Source: Amoebophrya sp. A120 (taxonomy: Eukaryota; Protista; Dinoflagellata). Taken from it: 64,000 bases of DNA. A program made the position numbers and the translations under genes. Position 1 is the stretch's first letter; every line of letters begins with the position of its first letter. Under the pieces are notes generated by a model that was not told the DNA's origin, did no database searches, and was given only the letters and a program-made list of their open reading frames with translations. Positions 12,100 to 23,700 of the stretch are shown in pieces. The stretch is taken from positions 3,027,471-3,091,470 of the forward strand of contig CAJINV010000009.1 of assembly GCA_905178155.1 (NCBI GenBank). The letters run 5' to 3'.

Positions 12100-14790
12100 G
12101 GTTTTTTTGGAATTAGGACTTCGCATGTTCTTGACAAGCTCCATTCATCATCTTCGAGACCCAGACATACTTCCCAGGCATAGGGGGTTATCAAATGTAA
12201 AAATGTCTGGGTCTGGAAGATTGCGAGATTTGTCATGCAGATTTTCCATGACCCATAAGGTCTGGAATGCAGGGCCTAGCATGACAGAGTCTGTGAGGTC
12301 TCTGCCATGCCTATCCCGCATGAGAAACTACCTCCCAACTTGGTCGAAAGTGGACAGCTTTTGGCACTCATGCAACACAGATTTTTGCACTATTCGGATT
12401 TAGCATGACAAGTTTTAATCTTCCAGACCCAGACATTTTTGCATTTGGTAGGGGTAATCGTCGTCGTGGTGGTCGTTGTGGACGTTGTCGGGGCTTTTGT
12501 GCTATGCATTGCAAATATTAATATGACTGAATCTGGAAACTTGTAATGCAACTCAGCGAATAGTACTAAGCACTCTGTACTGCACCGCCAAGCATGACAG
12601 GTTTTTTCGTCCTCGCGCTGTGTTGCGTATTCCGCATGAGAAGCTGCGTTTTTGCATGACAGGCAGAGGGACCTGTTTGTGGCCACGCAAGCGCAACACA
12701 GAGTCCAGAGTCATGCCAGACAAGCATGTTGACAAATCTCGCCCTCTTCCAGACCCAAACATATTTATTTGCATTTGATACGTGCAGTTCTTGCGCGCCT
12801 CCTTCATCAGTGTCTTCCCGGAAGCAGTCCTATCAAACAAAAAAAGTTCGCCACGATCACTCATGCACATGCGCATTTTTGCAATACAAAACTTTCTGTC
12901 ATGCGTAAAAAGGCATCACAGCCAAACTTCATAAGGGATTTCCCTAGTGTTTCTGCGATATAAGGAAAAGTTGTGATGCTAAAAAGATTTGTAATGCAAA
13001 GCCTGCAAGTTAGTGACTTTGACAAACTTTTTTCTCTCTCCATAAGTCCCCTTGTTCTTGCAGTAGTCCCACCAATCGTCCACTTTCGTTTTGCACGTGG
13101 ACCCGGCCTCCTCGTACTTGGCAAGGCAGGCTATGCAAGAAAAAAACTGTCTTAATGCAGAACATGCAACAGCGTTACATCTGTCATGCCAGACAACCAC
13201 GAAGTCCTCTTTTCATGTGGATGTGTGTTTTCCCTTACAAGCCACGCATGACAGGATTTCTCTGTCATGTAGACCAAACTTGTGATGCTGTCAGGCCAAG
13301 AAAGTTACACTAACACAGTTTTTTTCTTGGATAAAGGCGGCCGGAGGGTTAACGTCTGTCAGGTCCCACTCTCGGTTCTCGAAGTCCCAAGTGCTGCCCA
13401 GAGAGTAGCAGTCCTTTACCCAGGCCCGGCATTTGTCCTGACACTTCTTCTCGTCGCCACTGGAGTACAAGAAGCTCCCCAGGTACTGATTTTCGTTACT
13501 TCGCGACATTTCCCTATGCATTGCAAATATGTCTGGGTCTGGATTTGCGATGGAGGACTTCAAGGACAACAAGATCTGTAATGCATGAATACCATTGCCC
13601 ATTTTTTTTGTCGTGCGGGATATGGTACTTTGTCTTCATGCTAAATACGAATGAATCTGGAATAAGCCTCGCGAAATTTCTCATGCTGTTATGCCGTACA
13701 AGCAGCAAGTTTGCAATGCAAGTATCAGCAACACAAGTTTCCAGACCCAGACATGCTTGCATTTGATATTCCCAGCACCGGAACCACAGAAACTCGTGCT
13801 TCTTAAACTTGCAGTCGTAGCAGTTGTTGCAACCTTCCACCCTCGGTGTGTTCCCGCTTGCAGCAATGTAGTTAAAACGTTTGGACTTGGCGCACCGCTT
13901 CGTCTTGGCCTCGGTGTGATAAAGAGGCTGTCTTATTGCGAGGACATGTCCCCCCTCCCCATATCGAAGCGGTATTATTTTTCCGCAAATTTGTGTTGCT
14001 GCTTTGAGACCACAAATCACGACTATCTTGCAAGACGACAAGCGCAGAGGCTTCCGCGCCGCCATTATGGGAGCGATTTGGCATGCTGTTGGGCCTCGGG
14101 GACAGCCGTTTGTAATGCTACTTACACGACTAGACCCATACACCCCTACCTAGGCTAGGGATCTACTGGCTGCGATGCCTTACTGCAAGACAGCGCGCAT
14201 TTGTGTACGGAAATCCGGCATCAGAAACTTCCTCTCGATATGGGAGGGGGCGATTTTTCCTTACGATAAGTCTCGGTTTGCAGCGATACCCTTCCTCCAG
14301 CGCTGCCGTGTCCTTGTTAGCTATGAAAGAAAAAAACTGTGTAAGTGTAACTCTGTAATGCAGAACATGCAACAGAGTTACGTCTGTCATGCCAGACAGC
14401 CATGAAGTCCTCTTTTCATGTGTGTTTTCCCTTACAAGCCACGCATGACAGATTTTCTCTGTCATGTAGAGCAACTTTGTGATGCTGCCAGCCAAAGATA
14501 GTTACACTAACACAGGTTTTTTCTTGGATATTAGCCTCGTTAATCCCATTGTCTTGGTCGATGTCTATCTTTTCACACGCGCCCTGGTATTTCTCGTTGT
14601 GCTCAAGGGCCGCAGCAAAGAGTGACAGCGTTCTTTCGAGAGACCTGGTAGAGCCTAGCGGCAGAGCGAGGCCGAGCAGAAATGCGGTCAAGATGAACAA
14701 AGGCCACATTTGCCTAGTGCCGGCGCAGGACAGCCGCGACAAGGAGAGGACCACCTGGCGTTCTGGTCGTGAAAGGAACAGACACATTTT
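12100..14790 (-). CDS. Multi-exon Cys-rich, probably secreted hypothetical protein with a Thr-rich linker
   Basis: Signal-like MWPLFILTAFLLGLALPLG followed by Cys-rich exons (GCNNCYDCKFKK, KKCQDKCRAWVKDC, TCKTKVDDWWDYCKNKG) and TTSTTTTTTTIT, separated by seven introners. Both ends uncertain. Confidence 0.55.
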
Positions 14791-16169
14791 TCCGACCGGC
14801 CAATGTCTCGTATGCAGCGGACCAAGACGAAAGGGGAAACCGACTGGAGCTCCGGTGCTTTTTTTACGTTCCAATTTTACTTTTCACCAGCACGGTAATA
14901 CTGCCTCTCCGTCTCTTGCCGGCACGTTCACGTTGTAGATAGTCCTGCTGACGCGGTCAAGAAAGAGAACGTCGCACGGCGTGATACAGACGCACTACGG
15001 ATTTTCAAACTTCATTCTGGCCCCGCAGCTGGCCGTCCCCGCCCTGCAGTGGGATCTCCTCTGTCCCCGTACTTTCGACGACCCGCCCCGTCCCGAGATG
15101 TGCAACAAGTGCCCCAAGAACGGCAGCTCATGGTCATTGCACACGCATAGAAGAGTGACGGTGTTCGTGCAGCGGCAGTGGCAGTCAGCATGATTTTTGA
15201 CTCCTGTACTCTACTTCTAAACTCTAGACAAAATATTCGCAGCTTGCGCTGCGCTTGAGGGTTGAAAACCCTCCCTCAACGTAAAGTCGATCAGATTTCT
15301 CGTTTCTCTAGGAAAGAAAAAGAGAAAGTGACGCTGTGAGACCCAGAAGTCAATGGATTCCGCTCGGGAAAGGTCGTTTAAGGTTTCCCGGGAAACCTTC
15401 GGCTTAGCTCGTGCTAAAGTGTGTTGCAATACATTGCAATACAACCGAAAAGGCGGCGCGCGCATGGACTCCGCTGCTGTTTGTGTACACAACCGCGCCG
15501 CGTCTGTGTTGGCGTCTCGTGTGCTTAAATCGCCACAGTCGGCTGCGGATTGCGAGCAACCTGGCGGCCCCGGCAAACCGGCGCACATTTTCCACAGAGG
15601 ACTCCGGAGAGGATTCCAAAATCCTCTCCGGAATCCTCTGGCCCAAGTTGAGCCGTCTTTCGCGCCCTTTCCCCGACGGCACTACCTCGATTTCGGGAAC
15701 AGGGGGCTTCGAAGATGATGCGCACACCATCATCTTCGTCCCCGTGCTGTTTGCCGCCGGATTTGGGGGCGCGGCAAACCGGCGCACATTTTGCGCGGAC
15801 TTTGCCTCGCGGACTTTCTGGCCCAATTTGGACCGCCTCGGACGGCCTTTCCCCGATCAGGCGGAGGGGCCGGGGCGGTGGTGGCTGCTACATCGCTTCT
15901 AAATTTTGCGGGATTTTTCAGAAACGGCCTTCCCGGGGAATATGCGGACGGCGCCTCAATTGAAAAGGGGCGAGAAGGAAAAAGGCAAAGACGAAATGGG
16001 GAACACAGAGGCAAATGGTGTGGGACCGAGGAAAAGAAGACATAGGAGAAACTCCGGCGCGGCCCCCTACGCACTGCGGGTGGGGAAAAACCCGGAGAAG
16101 CGTCGCGGGGTGGGGAGAAGCAAATCATGGGGCCGATTTCGCAGACGAGGTGGGCACCTGCCCAAAAGC

Positions 16170-16412
16170 GCTCTAAATGGCACTCTAAATGGGGGTGCTA
16201 AATGGGGGCTCTAAATCGACCCCTTCTAAATGGGGGTGCTAAATGGGGGCTCTAAATCGAGCCCTTCTAAATGGGGGTGCTAAATGGGGGCTCTAAATGC
16301 ACCCCTCTAAATGGGGGTGCTAAATGGGGGTGCTAAATGGGGGCTCTAAATACCCCTCTATCTGGCATGCTAAATCAGCACGCTAAGTCGCATGCTAAAT
16401 CAGCATGCTAAA
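16170..16412. repeat. CTAAATGGGGG(T)G minisatellite with ~39-bp higher-order period
   Basis: Repeated ctaaatgggggtgctaaatgggggctctaaatcga units. Confidence 0.9.
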
Positions 16413-17099
16413 TGAACCTGCTAAACCGTGCGGGAAAACGGTTTAGCAGACCACCCCGAAACCGGGCGAAATTCCCGAAAGCACGGGAATCGTTCCCGAA
16501 AATGCACCCCCCGGCGACTCTAAATCAAAACGGAGTTGGTCCGGAAGGTGGTTCTCCCGCAGGAAAGGTCGTTGCGCGACCCCGACCGCGGATCTTGCCG
16601 AAGGTCGGTCGCGAAGCCCCACGACCTTTCCTTCCGACGGACAACTCAAACAAATCCCAAACCCTTCCCAAAATCGCACTGACTCACGAAAGTCAGCGCG
16701 ATGTTGGAAACAACCTCACGCCCGGGAGGCAGAATACGGACAACCCACCACGCACACCTACCCCGGTGTGTGCGATCGGAAATGAACACAGAGGAACCCA
16801 CGAGGCTGCGGGATTGGGAAATTCCTAGCACACGCAATACCACTCAAGACGCTGCCAATTTTTAAATTTTAATTTTTTCGCAAGGCAACGCGAGAACACC
16901 AGGGGGGAAACACTGCCGCCGGGCACACGGACGGGAGGCAATGCGCCCAAACCCCCGCGGTGCCCGGACGCATGGCGTCCCTGCCAACCGTGGCGCCGCA
17001 GGCAGCGCCGCACCCCCCGTTCTTTTCATTTTTCAAAAATCCCGCAAAATATAGAAAATATTTAGTCGACTTCACCGCCCCGGGCCTCTCCGACTGACC

Positions 17100-17770
17100 C
17101 CGATGGCACGGCCTCGGTTTCACCAGAGGATTTTACAGAGGACCCGTCAGAGGACCCGAGGGTCCTCTGTCGGGTCCTCTGGCCCAATTTGGACCGCCTC
17201 GGGCGGCCTTTCCCCGATGGCACGGACTCGATTTCACCAGAGGATTTTACAGAGGACCCGTCAGAGGACCCGAGGGTCCTCTGTCGGGTCCTCTGGCCCA
17301 ATTTGGACCGCCTCGGGCGGCCTTTCCCCGATGGCACGGACTCGATTTCACCAGAGGATTTTACAGAGGACCCGTCAGAGGACCCGAGGGTCCTCTGTCG
17401 GGTCCTCTGGCCCAATTTGGACCGCCTCGGGCGGCCTTTCCCCGATGGTACGGCCTCGATTTGACGAGAGGACTTCACAGCCCAATTTGGACCGCCTCGG
17501 GCGGCCTCCCTTTCCCCGATGGCACGGCCTCGATTTGACGAGAGGACTTTACAGAGGACCCGTCAGAGGACCCGAGGGTCCTCTGTCGGGTCCGCTGGCC
17601 CAATTTGGACCGCCTCGGGCGGCCTTTCCCCGATGGTACGGCCTCGATTTGGCCAGAGGATTTTACCGAGGACCCGTCAGAGGACCCGAGGGTCCTCTGT
17701 CGGGTCCTCTGGCCCAATTTGGGCCGCTTCGGAAGGGCCTCCCCCGGTGGTATGGTCCCGATTTGGCCAG
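17100..17770. repeat. 114-bp GC-rich tandem repeat, about 5.5 copies, internally palindromic
   Basis: ggcccaatttggacc recurs at 17181, 17295 and 17409; each unit has agaggaccc...gggtcctct inverted pairs; degenerate copies at 15570-15860. Confidence 0.92.
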
Positions 17771-18239
17771 AGGCCAGAGGGCTGTGCACATGGACCGTCG
17801 AAGGGCTCCGCAGCCCTCTGATGCGGCACCACGGACATTGCGGCAAACCGGCGCACATTTTGAAACGCACTCGGGTGCAGGCGCGCGACCTTCGGCGTGT
17901 CTGCAAGCGCGCTGCGTCAGTCTGTCTTAACTACACGGCCCGCATTGTCCTCGCTTGGTTATCAAGACCCCACGCGGTTGCAGGCCGCCACATTTGCCGC
18001 GCTTTGGTTGTCAAAACGCCGGCTTGACAACCAAACCACACAAGTTGGCAACTTGTAAGAACCAAGCCGAAGCAAGAAATGTGCGCCGGTTTGCCGGTGC
18101 CCGTGCTCACCGCCAACGCGGCAAGGGCAGGGACCCCTAGCTAAGGCCGGAGCCTCTGGCGCAAGGGCGCACCCGCCCCGGGCAGCCCGGGTGCCCGTCG
18201 GGGAGGGAGTGAAGCCCCGCAAGGCCGGCGCAGTCCGCT

Positions 18240-18912
18240 CGGGGAGCGGGCGGCTCCCCTGCGGGAAGGCGGATCCCTGGGAAGCGGGCGGATCCCCGAG
18301 GAGCGGGCGGCTCCCCTGCGGGAAGGCGGATCCCCGGGAAGCGGGCGGCTCCCCGAGGAGCGGGCGGATCCTCGGGGCGCGGGCGGATCCCCGGGGAACG
18401 GGCGGATCCCCGGGGAACAGGCGGATCCCCGAGTAACGGGCGGATCCCCTGGGCGAAGGCCGACCCCCGGGGGACGGGCGGATCCCCTGGGCCAAGGCGG
18501 ATCCCCGGGATGCGGGCGGATCCTCGGGGGGCGGGCGGCTCCCCGAGTAACGGGCGGATCCCCGGGGAACGGGCGGATCCCCGGGGAGCGGGCGGATCCC
18601 CGAGTAGCGGGTGGATCCCCTGGGCGAAGGCCGATGGATCCCCGGGGCGCCGGCGGATCCTCGGGGCGCGGGCGGATCCCCGGGGAGCGGGCGGATCCCC
18701 TGGGGGAAGGCGGATCCCCTGGGCGAAGGCGGATCCCCGGAGAGCGGGCGGATCCCCTGGGGGAAGGCGGATCCCCGGGGAACGGGCGGGCCCCCTGGGC
18801 GAAGGCGGATCCCCGGGGAACGGGCGGATCCCCTGGGCGAAGGCGGATCCCCGGGGAACGGGCGGATCCCCGGGGAGCGGGCGGATCCCCGGGGAACGGG
18901 CGGATCCCCCAA
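18240..18912. repeat. ~19-bp GC-rich minisatellite GGGCGGATCCCCGGGGAAC, roughly 35 copies
   Basis: Direct inspection; gggcggatcc at 18381 and 18400. Confidence 0.93.
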
Positions 18913-19457
18913 AAAACAACACAAATCGAAATCGCGACGGTATGCGTATTTTTTTCCCGTCATTCGAAACACAAAAAAAACCCCGCTGCCGTCGTGTTTC
19001 GCTGGTTTGGGTCTCAGAGCGTCAGGGTCTCGAGAAAAAATATCTCTCGCTCCGGGCACCGACGCGCACTCTTCACTTCGGTTTCAGCGCTCTTCTGGAT
19101 ATGTAATGTTTTCAATTCCCCAAGAAAGCACCCTCCCTGCACTTTTTGTAGTGAACCATGACGTCTAGCTCGACAAGAAAATCTTAGGGACACGACTCGT
19201 CTTTTGTACTTTTGTCCCTTTCGAGCAGATTGTATCTGCTTTTCTCGCCTGATAGATACTCAATCTCTTTTTTCATCGAGGAGGAAGGAAAAGACCCGCG
19301 TAACAAGCGGTCTTGTCAATCGGAGTTCGTGTTCATACCGGATAATTTGAAAGTCGTTGCGTAGTAGCACAAACGAAGTGAAGAAGTTGTGAATGCAGAC
19401 AGCACCAAATCGTTCATCTGCGGCCTCCTGCTCATCACGGAGCCCTCCCGAAACGGA

Positions 19458-22400
19458 TTACTCGAATCGATGTCCAACGGTGGACCACGGCTTCTTCCCT
19501 TTGCCACCGCCTTTTTTGCATTTGCCGCTGTGATAGTAACCATCGACGCCCTCTTTGCTCCAGTAGTGATTTTTCCCATTCTTCCCTTGTCCCTTCGCAC
19601 CACTCCCTGTTTTATGATATCTCGTGCCTGGAGCCCCGTATCCCGCAGCGCCATATGGAGCTGCTGCGAAACTGCTGCTTCTGCTCGCTTGCGCGGCTGC
19701 GATCGACCGCTGGACCAGTTCGGAAACGGGGCGGTACACGCCGAAAGCATTCGGATCTGGATACTTCTGTCCCCTCATGATGTGCTGAAGGCCACGGAAA
19801 ATGTCGCCCGATTCCCCGTCCGCGCAAACCTTCCGTCCCAACTGCTCTTCGCGTCGTTCCGCAACTTCTCGCCCCAGCCCCGCGCCAAGAGTCTTCGTGC
19901 AGAACAGTTGCTGCCGAATCGGGTCGATTTGGCCGGGGGAGAGCCTCTCCCCGCCCGCGTGCGCGCTTGCCAGCGCGAGGTAGAAGTCCTGCGCCTTGTC
20001 ACCCACCCAGGCGTAGGTCCCCGCAAATTGCTTCGGTTGGTGCAGGTCTCCGGCCTCGATCAAGGTTGCCACTACTTGTCGCACGGCGCCCTGATCCTCT
20101 GTTTCAGTAGCTCTCCCCTCCCCGAACTGCAAAAAGTGGCGGACGTTGTCCAGCAATTCCGGATCGTACACTGCGTTACTGTTTTCTGCTTCATTCGGCA
20201 CCAGTATTGCCCCACCCTTGTACAGCGTTATCTTCTCCTGGAACATCTGCTGAAACGAAGGCTTGTAAACGACTGCGTTCAAATTTGCATTAATCTGCCT
20301 TCGGTCGGGCAGATCAGGGATGGGCACGCACAACTTTTTGCGCAGCTCCTCGACCAATGCCTCCTTCATCTCGTCAAAAGCACACAAACAGCACCCCGTC
20401 TGCTCGTGCATGCACAGCTTGTTTTTCTCAACCTCTTCTGGCTCGTACGATTGGAGATGATGGATGATGTTGCGAAAATAGGACTCGTTAACGAGGATGC
20501 GTGCGTCGCTGGGCACTCCCCTTCGGTTAGCCTCGAACGTTACCGTGGTTCCGGACCAAAGGCCATCGCATACTTCGCGAGCTCTGACGGGACCCTCGGG
20601 AACGAAACTCCCCTGCGGAACTTCCGCCTCCCCATCCATGTACCGCGCTCCATTGTTGCATTTCTGCAGGTAAGTCTCTTTGTTGCCGCAAAATCGAACT
20701 TGTGACGACGTCGCTGACGGCCAGTAGAAAAACGAACCACCGTCCCAAGGCTGCTCGTAGACTGGCCGATTGTTGATGCTGTAGTCATGGTTCAAAACAT
20801 ACAGCCCATTCAAGAGATCTGCATTCTGTTGAAATCCTGATATGATGTACTCACCCACCCGCGTTCCAACAGCTCCGACACTGACTTCGGATGCCGTCGG
20901 ACAGTCCACGAGATGAAACATACTCGGGTCAAGGTCGCAGACGCCGTGGAAGCTCAAACTCAGTACCTCGAACAAAGCGGAGTAGACGTCGGGAACAGGG
21001 AAAACCGCGTGTGCTTTTCGCATCATCTCGCCTTTGAGCCGATCCCAGGCAGCGGCTGCGTCGGTCTCCACGGCCTTTGCTCTTTGTAACGCGGCAAACA
21101 GGACTCGATTCACAGTCTTTGGATTTTGTTGCAGCTTGCCGCGCACGATATCCTCGCTGCGACTGTCACCAGAAACCACAGGAAAGCTGCCCGAGAACTC
21201 CTTCAGAAAATACTGAGCAAGCAGGTTACACAGCTCTTCTGCGCTGTAGTTGTCCGCCCAAAGACAATTCGCTTCCGTGCAGTGCTCGTCCCGATCTACT
21301 GCGGTATAGAGGTGTTTTACCATATTCAAGCTACTTCCTGCCGCGGCGCTGCGCCAGGCTTGCGCAATCTGTTCGCACAGTGCGTCTTCAGACAGTGTGT
21401 TTTGTCGGTCCCGTGATTGCATTTCGTACTGCTTTAGGTTGATGCCGTACGTGAGGTTGCTTAGTTCCTGGACAAACATGCCCTTCACGTAGATCTTTTT
21501 CTTGTGGCGTTTCCCTTTCAAAATCTCTGCGACGGGAGACTCCCCTAGCAGTTTCTTGTCTGTTTTGTGTCGCAAAAACAAATAGCGGTCCCGGTCAAAT
21601 CGCGTCTTCCAATTTCTGCCACACTGGATGCGCGCGGCGGTATCCTGGTAAGCGTCGAAGCAATGCAGCCGCCGAGCGCGTATGTCTTCTTCACTTTCGC
21701 GCCAGATGCTCATTGCGAAACACGGAACGCCGTCTTTATTCTGTTTCATGCTAAAGTGGTAACGCCGTCCGAGGCTGAAAAGCTGAACGTGGGTATCAGG
21801 CTCACGCGTCAGTACCAAAGTCGACGACGGCAAGCCATCCCCGAACTTGCCTCGTGTCTCGCCATGTTCCGTGCCGTTTCGCTCCTTTTCCTCGCCGCTG
21901 TATCCCAGGAGAAAGCACTTCGGCGGCAAGGTCGTTGAAAAATTCACCATGGTGAGAATGTTCGATTCTTTCGAAATGTACCCGACCCGGTACTTCTTCG
22001 CAGCTGGCGTGGAAACAGTGAACTCCAGTCGCCAGTCTTCGTCTGGTTCTGGTGGGCAATTTCCAGTACTGCTGGATGCGATTTTCTTGTCCTTTTTCTT
22101 TTTCTTTTCCCCATGGCTCGTTCGTTCGGTCATCTTCAGCAGGTCGACGTCGAAGCCGTTCAATCGCACGGAATTTTCCAGCTGGTCGTACCAATTTTGC
22201 ACGTATTCGTCCATGGCTTGGGCCGGCGTCCAGTGTTTCACGTACTTGTTTGTCAAATCAAAAATGCGCTGCTCCTCTCTCGGCCGCTCCACGTCCTCGG
22301 CGGACGGCTTTGGCAGTTTTGGAAGCGTCTCAAACCGCACTCGCTCCTCGGTTGGGGTGGCCGCTGTTGAAGCCGCGCTGGGCGAAAAAGGCACTGCATC

Positions 22401-22847
22401 GCGGACGTCAAAGTGCTCAGCGCGTTCTCCGCCCATCGCATTGCGCGGAGCGAAATGCGGGGCTTCTCTGCCCTCCGAAGAAGTCGTTTTGGCTTTCATG
22501 AATCTTTGCGTTCCTCCTTCGAATGGTGGAAAGGGATCTCTCCTGCGCCTTCTCGAATGCGACTTGGTACTAGCAACCCTCGTATCCTTCCTGCTGTTCC
22601 CTTGTTTCCTCACTCGTGATGCACGCGACCTGCTGCGTTTCCGACTCACGGATCTGTTTCTATCATCTTTTTCTTCCCCGGCACATGCAGGAGGATTGGA
22701 AAATATCGCAGCCGGCGAGTGAAGGCCGTGCCAGTAGTCTTCATCACGAATCGCCGTGTAGCATTCCGCAGGAGCATATGAACCGGCATCGCTCCTGCTG
22801 CCACCAGCAAGGCCGGAGGATTCGTCGGAGTCGCTTCTACTTTCCAT
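19458..22847 (-). CDS. Intronless 1129-aa protein with a GHKL (HATPase)-type ATPase domain
   Basis: Bergerat-fold-like motifs YVKHWTPAQAMDEYVQNWYD, MVNFSTTL and RGKFGDGL...LVL, followed by KIYVKGMFV...YGINL. Confidence 0.75.
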   Translation of the reverse strand: MESRSDSDESSGLAGGSRSDAGSYAPAECYTAIRDEDYWHGLHSPAAIFSNPPACAGEEKDDRNRSVSRKRSRSRASRVRKQGNSRKDTRVASTKSHSRRRRRDPFPPFEGGTQRFMKAKTTSSEGREAPHFAPRNAMGGERAEHFDVRDAVPFSPSAASTAATPTEERVRFETLPKLPKPSAEDVERPREEQRIFDLTNKYVKHWTPAQAMDEYVQNWYDQLENSVRLNGFDVDLLKMTERTSHGEKKKKKDKKIASSSTGNCPPEPDEDWRLEFTVSTPAAKKYRVGYISKESNILTMVNFSTTLPPKCFLLGYSGEEKERNGTEHGETRGKFGDGLPSSTLVLTREPDTHVQLFSLGRRYHFSMKQNKDGVPCFAMSIWRESEEDIRARRLHCFDAYQDTAARIQCGRNWKTRFDRDRYLFLRHKTDKKLLGESPVAEILKGKRHKKKIYVKGMFVQELSNLTYGINLKQYEMQSRDRQNTLSEDALCEQIAQAWRSAAAGSSLNMVKHLYTAVDRDEHCTEANCLWADNYSAEELCNLLAQYFLKEFSGSFPVVSGDSRSEDIVRGKLQQNPKTVNRVLFAALQRAKAVETDAAAAWDRLKGEMMRKAHAVFPVPDVYSALFEVLSLSFHGVCDLDPSMFHLVDCPTASEVSVGAVGTRVGEYIISGFQQNADLLNGLYVLNHDYSINNRPVYEQPWDGGSFFYWPSATSSQVRFCGNKETYLQKCNNGARYMDGEAEVPQGSFVPEGPVRAREVCDGLWSGTTVTFEANRRGVPSDARILVNESYFRNIIHHLQSYEPEEVEKNKLCMHEQTGCCLCAFDEMKEALVEELRKKLCVPIPDLPDRRQINANLNAVVYKPSFQQMFQEKITLYKGGAILVPNEAENSNAVYDPELLDNVRHFLQFGEGRATETEDQGAVRQVVATLIEAGDLHQPKQFAGTYAWVGDKAQDFYLALASAHAGGERLSPGQIDPIRQQLFCTKTLGAGLGREVAERREEQLGRKVCADGESGDIFRGLQHIMRGQKYPDPNAFGVYRPVSELVQRSIAAAQASRSSSFAAAPYGAAGYGAPGTRYHKTGSGAKGQGKNGKNHYWSKEGVDGYYHSGKCKKGGGKGKKPWSTVGHRFE

Positions 22848-23700
22848 ACTGTTCCGTCCTTGAGACGAGACCTTGGTGCTGTCGGAAGTGTCTAGAACGA
22901 CAATAAAACAACGATGATTACAACAGAAACAGATACAGACTTGAAAGCAAGTATAAGAAAAATGACTTCTAGACTAATGCTCAGCGTAAAAGCAGGGTGT
23001 GAGTAGACAGACCTTGGCGACGAATGCACTCTTTCACGGGTCGCAATTCTACTTGACTTCGTCGTCGTGAGTTATTCCGCTTGACAAAGAGACAAATCAC
23101 GAATGAAGAACTACCACTGACTTTGAATATAGAGATCGTAGTCGCTCGTCTAAAACAAGCGAAGACAGCAGGAAATTCCTATTCATTGCTCGTACTCGCT
23201 GTGCATTTTCCTCCAATAATTTCCGGGCGGCAGCAAGCAGCTGACAGAGCTCTCTTATGCAGCGTGAACTGACTTCTGATCGTGGAAGAAGGTAGATGAG
23301 ATCGAAATGCGATCCGTTAAGAAGGAGAAACAATTCATACCTCGCGGAGACATCAAGCAGCCTCAATAAGTTCACGAAGACTAATGATCTCATGCTCGCC
23401 TCGCTACAAACTGATCTCCCATCGACCGGTGAGTACTTGCCGATCTCCTCGAATAATCTGTTCCTCTCTTTCAGTGCCTTAACAGAACCACGCACATTGC
23501 GGTAGGCTGCAACATCATCCTCCGGCAGAACCCTACCAGCATCAAACGTGGTGCATTGATTGATGTATCGCTACGAACTACTGCACATAAGTGCTTGCAG
23601 CAGCAGCAAGTTATAATTAGAACGTACTTATAAATACGACGCTGCCGTTTCGGCCACTCCCACTGCGCCTTTTACATTATTGAATTCTGATACTTCATGA

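Larger units (their letters stand above)
183..14530. mobile_element. Cluster of about 30 MITE-like introners (TAT...ATA TIRs, 5-bp direct repeats)
   Basis: Examples with flanking 5-mers: 183-444 tccgc; 481-731 tcgag; 1350-1601 cacct; 1652-1860 gaacc; 2146-2406 gagcg; 2553-2829 ccacg; 4589-4864 gaggc; 5148-5426 tgtgc; 5550-5853 gctag; 9026-9284 aaacc; 9364-9628 cattc; 9999-10248 tccag; 12189-12450 ggggt; 12831-13044 agtcc; 13515-13768 ttccc; 14322-14530 ttagc. Confidence 0.93.

Noticed and set aside
17062-19168. Long Pro/Gly/Arg-rich ORFs on both strands (e.g. 17962-19059, 17103-17930)
   Set aside because: They are open only because the GC-rich tandem repeats lack stop codons.
19389-22722. 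Plus-strand ORFs 19389-20705 and 21847-22722
   Set aside because: Antisense shadows of the 1129-aa ATPase ORF with no motifs of their own.
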